Virus record (IMG/VR): IMGVR_UViG_3300037502_004185
Span: 1-64,000 of that record
Origin: a virus
Direction: 5' to 3' (one strand)
DNA length: 64,000 nt
Part shown: piece after piece, positions 59,232 to 64,000 of the stretch
Numbering within the stretch: position 1 is the first letter of the stretch
Layout: each line of letters opens with the position of its first letter
Program-made: the position numbers and the translations under genes
The notes under the pieces: model-generated
The model's database searches: none
The model's input: the letters and a program-made list of their open reading frames with translations, nothing else
Told to the model about the DNA's origin: nothing

Positions 59232-59339
59232 ATTTGGATTATATCCAATTTCGTTTTCGCATCAATATGCGCCAATGTTCTCGCATGCGAAAACTTTTGC
59301 AAGAAAAAAGGGACAGCATTGTGTCCCTTTGGTTGATGG

Positions 59340-61973
59340 TTATGGCTTGATGTAGCGAATTGTAAAATGGCCACCTCCTACTGCTACTTTACCACCTACA
59401 GAAATGAACCTCACCGTGTCATTTACGTTAAGGTGGCCTACCCATTTAGCGGTTGGAGTTGCCAATGCGTTATCCCCAACAGTACAACTATTGGTAATTT
59501 TCGTCGCATTGTTAACTTGGATTCGAGCCGAAACAGTATCGTCCTGACCTGTAGCGCGCACTCGTCTATAGTCAGTAAACTCGATGTAATATGTGCCAGC
59601 TTTTACAACCTTAAATCCTGTTGTTGGGTTAACCCAAGTCATTAGCGATGCAGACTCCGTTGTGCGTCCAGCCCAGTTGCGAGCATACCAAGTAACATGA
59701 CCTTGTAGCACACCAGATGTCGTGTTTGATGGATCGTTGCCCACCATAATATCGCCAACGGGCGCTGTTGGAATACTGTTAAACTTAGCGTCTACATAGT
59801 CTTTACGTGTTAATGAATGAGCTGCCGAGCTTTGAGGCGAACCCGCATACACATTACCGCCATATACCTCTACGTAGTTGCTTCTACGGTTAGTGTAGAA
59901 TCTAATTCGACCATCAGAGTTTGTAAGAATCTGAATACCAGCACGAATGTTAGTTCCATCGTAGTAAGAGGCAAAAGCCCAATGAGCACCTGTACTGTCT
60001 GGTACATTAACACTGTAAGCAGCATAACCGTTACCACCCCAAGTGCCATCATAGAAGTTAGGAGCTACACGAGCTACCTTTGCTTTGGCAGACCAAGAAC
60101 CCGCAGTAAACTGTCCATCAGTACGAACCAATGAGCTACCGAAAAAGACACCAGAAGTAAACTTAGCTAAGTCATTGATGCGAAGCCAGTTGCCGTCTGT
60201 ATTACGAAATGCAGCTCGCCCACCTAATGAAATGCTCTGATTGAGCATTACATCAATCCCTTTAGCAAAGGTAAACGTGGAGTAAGAGTAAAAACCGCTT
60301 GAGGCTTCAGTCTCCATGTGACAGTAGGATGTGTTGCGTGAGCCAATCCAAGTTTTCTTTGCAGAGTAATTGAGCTCTAAACCCTTTCCATCAACAGAGT
60401 TAATTGCACCTAAGTCTTTATTGTAAGACGTATAGCTAGTGACCATTCGCCCTTTGACAATACCCGCTGGTTGAGTTGCACCTTTGTTACTAACGTAAGG
60501 CGTAATGGTGTGACTACACATGTATCGAATTAGGATGTTCGTACTGTAGGCACTACGTGTTTTTACATAGATAGCGTAATTATCACCGCTAGTATTCACC
60601 CAACCAAACTCACTAAATGGCAAGCCGCTAGGATGGTCTGTAATAACCTGACCATTTAGACCTTTAGGGCTTCCGTTACTGGCTCGCAGAATCATTTGGT
60701 GTCGTGACGACTGATAGTGCAAGTCAGTGTTAAAGCCAGCACCACCAAAGAACTCAATAACCGCAGTAGAGCTTGATTGAGGCATCGTTACATTGGCAAC
60801 CAAGCACCAAGAGTTGTCACTACCTAAAGAGGTGCGCACAACCTCTGTACGGTTGAATGCCTCGGTAACTACCTTGCTACCTGATACTTCTATAGGCACA
60901 TTACTGACTACTTTGCTCTTATTTAGGGTTAGGTATGCGGGCGTTGAGTTGTGCGCACCACCTACACCAATTTTTACCTCGGCTTTTGCGTCGGTTGAGC
61001 CGTTAGTTAGATACATAATTTGGCGATTACCAATCAAACCGTAACCATCCATTTTTACATGGTCGGTTGATGGAACCGTATTACCAGCTCTAGTACCTTG
61101 CACTTCAACGCTACGGTTGGAAGATACCGACTCTGTTGTGCTTAGTGAGCCGTATAGCGTTGTTTCACCACCTTTGCGGATCTTCAATCGACTTGAAGCG
61201 TCACTCTCCACAACCTCAAAGGTGCCATCGGTTTTCGTTTCTATATGGAATCGCTTACCTGTATGGCCTAAGTGAAGTTGTGAGACGTTACTTGCGCCCT
61301 CATCGATGAGTAGGCCGCCAGTTAATGTACCACCTGCAAGTTTCAGGTAGCGGCCATCGGCTTGCGCTTGAGTCATCTTCGACGCTGCAAGGTCATACGC
61401 TTTCTTAACTGCACCTGCCGCCGCAAATTTCACGTCACTGGCATCGTTAATCGCCGCCGTGAATGCGTAGTTAGGTACGTTGGATAAGCCAACTTGAGCT
61501 TTTGTTACCTTGTGTGGGTTTGATGTGTCGGATTTGTGTTGAGCGATATTGGTTGTAATGGCCGCTACCGCATCTTCTTGATCCATTAACGCATCACCTA
61601 GCTCTTTGATTGTATCTAGCGCTTCTGCTGGCGCACCACCAATCAAAGTGCTGATACGGTCGTCGGTGTGCTTGTTCGCGTTTGTCTCTGCTTGCTCCGC
61701 TCGGTCATAAGCTGCGTTACCGCGATTTAAACCCTCAACGCCTTTGTCGTATGCCTGTTTAACAGCACCAGCGGTCGCAAGCTTGCTGTTGGACGTATCC
61801 GATACCGAGCTGGTGGCCGGATAGTTCGGTACGTTACCTAAGCCTACTTGTGCCTTTGTGACTCCGTGCGGGTTTGTTTTCTTGCTAGCATGCTCATCAA
61901 CTTTCGTAGCGATTTCTTCACGAATTTTGCGAGCCGGACTACCACCAACTTGAGTCAATTTTTTTAATGCCAT
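59340..61973 (-). CDS. Tail fibre protein
   Basis: NPH.VTKAQVGL.NVPNY repeats; GAP..LDT.KEL; YLKLAGGTLTG. Confidence 0.88.
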   Translation of the reverse strand: MALKKLTQVGGSPARKIREEIATKVDEHASKKTNPHGVTKAQVGLGNVPNYPATSSVSDTSNSKLATAGAVKQAYDKGVEGLNRGNAAYDRAEQAETNANKHTDDRISTLIGGAPAEALDTIKELGDALMDQEDAVAAITTNIAQHKSDTSNPHKVTKAQVGLSNVPNYAFTAAINDASDVKFAAAGAVKKAYDLAASKMTQAQADGRYLKLAGGTLTGGLLIDEGASNVSQLHLGHTGKRFHIETKTDGTFEVVESDASSRLKIRKGGETTLYGSLSTTESVSSNRSVEVQGTRAGNTVPSTDHVKMDGYGLIGNRQIMYLTNGSTDAKAEVKIGVGGAHNSTPAYLTLNKSKVVSNVPIEVSGSKVVTEAFNRTEVVRTSLGSDNSWCLVANVTMPQSSSTAVIEFFGGAGFNTDLHYQSSRHQMILRASNGSPKGLNGQVITDHPSGLPFSEFGWVNTSGDNYAIYVKTRSAYSTNILIRYMCSHTITPYVSNKGATQPAGIVKGRMVTSYTSYNKDLGAINSVDGKGLELNYSAKKTWIGSRNTSYCHMETEASSGFYSYSTFTFAKGIDVMLNQSISLGGRAAFRNTDGNWLRINDLAKFTSGVFFGSSLVRTDGQFTAGSWSAKAKVARVAPNFYDGTWGGNGYAAYSVNVPDSTGAHWAFASYYDGTNIRAGIQILTNSDGRIRFYTNRRSNYVEVYGGNVYAGSPQSSAAHSLTRKDYVDAKFNSIPTAPVGDIMVGNDPSNTTSGVLQGHVTWYARNWAGRTTESASLMTWVNPTTGFKVVKAGTYYIEFTDYRRVRATGQDDTVSARIQVNNATKITNSCTVGDNALATPTAKWVGHLNVNDTVRFISVGGKVAVGGGHFTIRYIKP

Positions 61974-62070
61974 TCAGAAATATGCCTTTCTCAATTCATT
62001 GACTAGCAACTCCGACAAAGCGCCGGAGCCACGTTGTTAGTGGGGAAAGTAGGAAAGGAAAGGGCATGGC

Positions 62071-63189
62071 TTATTTGAAGCCGATAACAGTCACAATGTC
62101 GCCAGCTTGTAGCTGTTCACCGAACGTAATTGTGTTGCCAGATAGACTCCATACACCTGCGTTTTGCATTACACCGCATACGCTTAGAACAAGAACGGCA
62201 GAGATAGTACCTGCGGGTAGAGTGACGGTAGTTGATGCCGCTTCTAGCGTAATATCGACAGTGCGGATCGCGTCTTTGATTGTTGCGGCTACGCTTGATT
62301 TGGTCGCGTATTTACCGTCAGATTCCGCTTTGGTGTATGACGCGCCGCTAGCAGCAAGGCCGCTACGTGCTTCTGAAATGATTTGCGCTTTTGTTGAGTT
62401 CTCAAGTTTCGCAGCGTTAGCGGCAGTTTCGCCAGCGCCTAGCGCGCCCACGTCTTCTGCTGTTAGCTCGATGTTTTGGCTTAGCGCGTGACCGTTGATA
62501 GTGCGAGTCTTTGGTACTGCATTCACAACGCGAGAGTCGTTACCCTCCATTACTGTGCCAGCGGCATTACCAAAGTTTTTGTTGAACGCTGTGTTTTTGC
62601 TAAACGCTGGCTCTGCACCTACGTCTGTAGCTTCAAGCACTACGTTACCGCGCTGGCCGTTAACAGATGAAACCGCATCTGTTGGCGTTAACAGTTCTTG
62701 CCAGTTCGCTAGTGTGCTTGCTGGTTGGCGCATAAGAACGAATGATTTACGCAGATCCGAACGGATTGCCATATCACCCTCTTGCGCTGTCAGAGCAAGC
62801 ATTTCCGCTTCTGATTTAACAGGGAACGTTTCTTTGATAGCGATAGCTGGCAATTGGCCTTGTGGGATCTTACCTGTGCTATCTAGCGTAGCCACGCCCT
62901 CTGCAACGCCTTTCTTGTTGTTAGGGATGTAGTCGTGCGTGTGGCTTGCTGGCGCTGCGCCCACATCTGAGTGAGTCAGAGTCACATCACCTGTTAGTGG
63001 CTTGTTATTGATAGTGCGAGAGGTAGGGACAAGGTTCGCGCGCGCTTCACTAACAACCTGAGCTTTAGTTTTGCCCTCAAGTTTTGATGCGTCTGCCGCG
63101 CGAGCGCCTACTGGCAATGCGCCAACGTCTTGTGCTGTTAAGTCAGAAACTAGACGGTTAATGCGAGTTAATTTGTTTTGTGTAGCCAT
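62071..63189 (-). CDS. Tail fibre-associated protein
   Basis: VP..RTIN...L...V.LT..DVGA repeats; GVATLD..GKIP. Confidence 0.8.
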   Translation of the reverse strand: MATQNKLTRINRLVSDLTAQDVGALPVGARAADASKLEGKTKAQVVSEARANLVPTSRTINNKPLTGDVTLTHSDVGAAPASHTHDYIPNNKKGVAEGVATLDSTGKIPQGQLPAIAIKETFPVKSEAEMLALTAQEGDMAIRSDLRKSFVLMRQPASTLANWQELLTPTDAVSSVNGQRGNVVLEATDVGAEPAFSKNTAFNKNFGNAAGTVMEGNDSRVVNAVPKTRTINGHALSQNIELTAEDVGALGAGETAANAAKLENSTKAQIISEARSGLAASGASYTKAESDGKYATKSSVAATIKDAIRTVDITLEAASTTVTLPAGTISAVLVLSVCGVMQNAGVWSLSGNTITFGEQLQAGDIVTVIGFK

Positions 63190-63261
63190 AAAAGATCCAA
63201 TTTATTTGTTAGTTAAAAAGGGCATTTATGGGGAATAGGGTTAGGGGAATTTGAAAACTGA

Positions 63262-64000
63262 TTAGCCGACCAAGGTGATCTCCGTTCCTGCTGCAATTTC
63301 GCCAACAAACTGGATAACACCAGTGTCCGGCACAATGGTGTAAGCAAAGTCTTTCGATTGCTGCACACCTTGTAGGAACACAAGCTTAATCGCTCGCTCT
63401 GTAAATGCTGGCGGGATAGCGAATGTGTTCGAGGTATTAGGGAAGTGGCTATGGAATACTTCCATAGGCGAGCCAGTAGCGCCACTATTGATGATGGATT
63501 CAAGCTTATCGATGTACCCTTGAAGCTCGGCAATGATCGTGCTTGATGTTGCCGATGGCGAACCAAGCGTAATCACCACTTCATCACCCGCCTCAAGTGG
63601 CTCGGCCACTTGGACTTCGTTCGTGTCTTTGAGGAACTGCCAAGCGCTGCCTTTGGTCTGCACAATGCCTTGAATAGACATTGCATCCACTTCTGGCACT
63701 TCATAAGGCAATGCGATTCTTGTCTCGCCACCAGCCGCAATATATGGCCAATGCTCAACCGTTTTGTTGTAGGCTGCGACCGCTTTATCGTGGACTAACT
63801 TGATCGCTTTTGCCGTGGCATACAGCTGATCGCTATCTACGTTAATCTCACTGGTTGCCGCCCAGTTGTTTACCAATCCAAGGCCAACTTGTTCTTTGGT
63901 TACGTGGTGCGGGTTTTCACGGTCTGCGTAGTGCGCTTTAGCCTCGGCGCGCATCGCATATTGATTGTGTGGGTCTGGATGTGAAATGTGCCCTTCGAGG
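63262..64000 (-). CDS. Tail fibre-related protein, 5' end outside the window
   Basis: HPDPHNQY and NPHHVTKEQVGL; frame open to the window edge. Confidence 0.75.
   Translation of the reverse strand, partial: LEGHISHPDPHNQYAMRAEAKAHYADRENPHHVTKEQVGLGLVNNWAATSEINVDSDQLYATAKAIKLVHDKAVAAYNKTVEHWPYIAAGGETRIALPYEVPEVDAMSIQGIVQTKGSAWQFLKDTNEVQVAEPLEAGDEVVITLGSPSATSSTIIAELQGYIDKLESIINSGATGSPMEVFHSHFPNTSNTFAIPPAFTERAIKLVFLQGVQQSKDFAYTIVPDTGVIQFVGEIAAGTEITLVG

Noticed and set aside
59340-63954. Tail-fibre repeats as a diversity-generating retroelement or shufflon
   Set aside because: Repeats are protein-level structural motifs; no reverse transcriptase, TR/VR pair or adjacent invertase seen.

Overview
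This window is about 64 kb of a P1-like temperate phage-plasmid. The host is probably Vibrio (inferred, for example from the Vibrio-type SSB tail). Recognisable P1-type modules are: coi/c1 immunity convergent on pacA/pacB terminase, pro/prt head genes, darB-ulx, lydA-lydB-hdf-darA-(ddrA)-ddrB, tail fibres, parAB with about 12 parS palindromes, a Rep_3 iteron replicon, and a second wHTH initiator with a counter-transcribed RNA. An asymmetric motif, ATTCCGAACA(C), overlaps most operon promoters (a putative C1 regulon), and Chi octamers are strongly over-represented. The top novel candidate is an operator-controlled early operon (8.5-12 kb). It encodes separate, apparently catalytically dead paralogues of the phage's own terminase ATPase and nuclease domains, plus a small protein with scrambled terminase-like motifs. 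This suggests terminase decoys against terminase-sensing defences, or packaging inhibitors. Other notable items: two inverted 34-bp sites bracketing 11.3 kb that includes a FimB-sized tyrosine recombinase, a tandem array of predicted sRNAs, and unannotated type I toxin-like peptides. All homology calls are by-eye motif or recall comparisons; no database searches were run.
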